Assembly: GCF_000143415.4 (NCBI RefSeq) | Contig: NW_003314305.1 | Location: 495,709-559,708 of the forward strand | Length of the DNA stretch: 64,000 nucleotides | Direction: 5' to 3' | DNA from: Selaginella moellendorffii | Taxonomy: Eukaryota > Plantae > Lycopodiophyta | Part shown: positions 63,377 to 64,000 of the stretch, piece after piece | Numbering within the stretch: the stretch's first letter is position 1 | How the letters are laid out: every line of letters starts with the position of its first letter | Program-made: the position numbers and the translations under genes | Notes under the pieces: generated by a model | Databases searched by the model: none | What the model saw: only the letters and a program-made list of their open reading frames with translations | What the model was told of the DNA's origin: nothing

Positions 63377-64000
63377 ATATGGCTATAATGCCGTATATTA
63401 ATATTAGCGTAGTGGGATTTTGCTAGCCGTCAGATTGATTTCAATCCAGACCACTTGCTCTTGTGTATAAATTATGGTTTTTGGGCTAATTGATATGCAT
63501 ATTTTATATATTCCCTTTCAATATTCCATGCACTCACATTGGTGGAGGTGAAGGGCAATTTTGATTGTCCCTAAAGAGTGTTTGGATTTGGGATTTTTGT
63601 TTAGATTTAGCTTTTATCATTTCCTTTCTTTTGTTCTTTCCTTTTAGGATTTTGGTTTAAATCTAGTTTTTTGCATTGTCTAAATTTCCCTTTCCTTCTA
63701 GCTTTTTGTCATTTCTCTTCTTTTGCTCTTTCCTTTTCATTCATCTTCATGGTAGATCAGCAATCTTCTCCTTTTATTCTGGAGCAATAGTTGGTACAAT
63801 TGCTTGATGCTATGTGCTTACAATTGAACAACCAAACTCAATTGATGGCGACGTTCATGGCACTTGGTACAAATCCTCTTGCGCTTGGTGCCAATCCTCG
63901 TGTTCGGCCAAAGTTCTTTTGCGGGAATCCTGGGGATGATGTGTACCATTGGTTTGATCACTTCATGGTGATTGCCACATATCATTCTTGGGATGATGCT
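63365..64000 (+). mobile_element. 5' end of a third short-LTR Gypsy copy (LTR to 63538, PBS, leader, start of gag), head-to-head with the previous element
   Basis: rc of ~62630-63265; PBS ttggtggaggtgaaggg; gag start at ~63749 with premature stop. Confidence 0.9.

Overview
Eukaryotic (land-plant) nuclear DNA. The very short 45-70 nt introns, PLS-class PPR genes and CCCTAAA telomere motif point to a Selaginella-type lycophyte (inference). Host genes: cytosolic pyruvate kinase, an intronless tRNA 2'-phosphotransferase (Tpt1/KptA), an AT-rich bulb-type lectin, PLS-PPR genes, legumin-like bicupins, a papain-like pseudo-protease and a lipoxygenase. The lectin-PPR-cupin block is present twice as a large inverted segmental duplication (~4.4-12.7 kb and ~47.8-54.3 kb). 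Between and beyond the arms lie nested transposons: (i) a short-LTR Gypsy family with a tRNA-Ala PBS (3 copies); (ii) a chromodomain Gypsy family that repeatedly inserted into its own LTR and whose integrase is split by two spliceosomal GT-AG introns; (iii) an ~11 kb DNA-transposon-like unit with a DUF7869/Sola-like transposase and a divergently transcribed multi-exon cargo gene (ParB/Srx-like + N4/N6-methyltransferase-like + acidic + FCP1/HAD-like domains), studded with about 20 copies of a 24-bp palindrome that sit mostly in introns and intergenic DNA; (iv) a 5S-rRNA-derived, Cassandra-like TRIM with a clean 5-bp TSD. All assignments were made by eye from motifs; no database searches were run.
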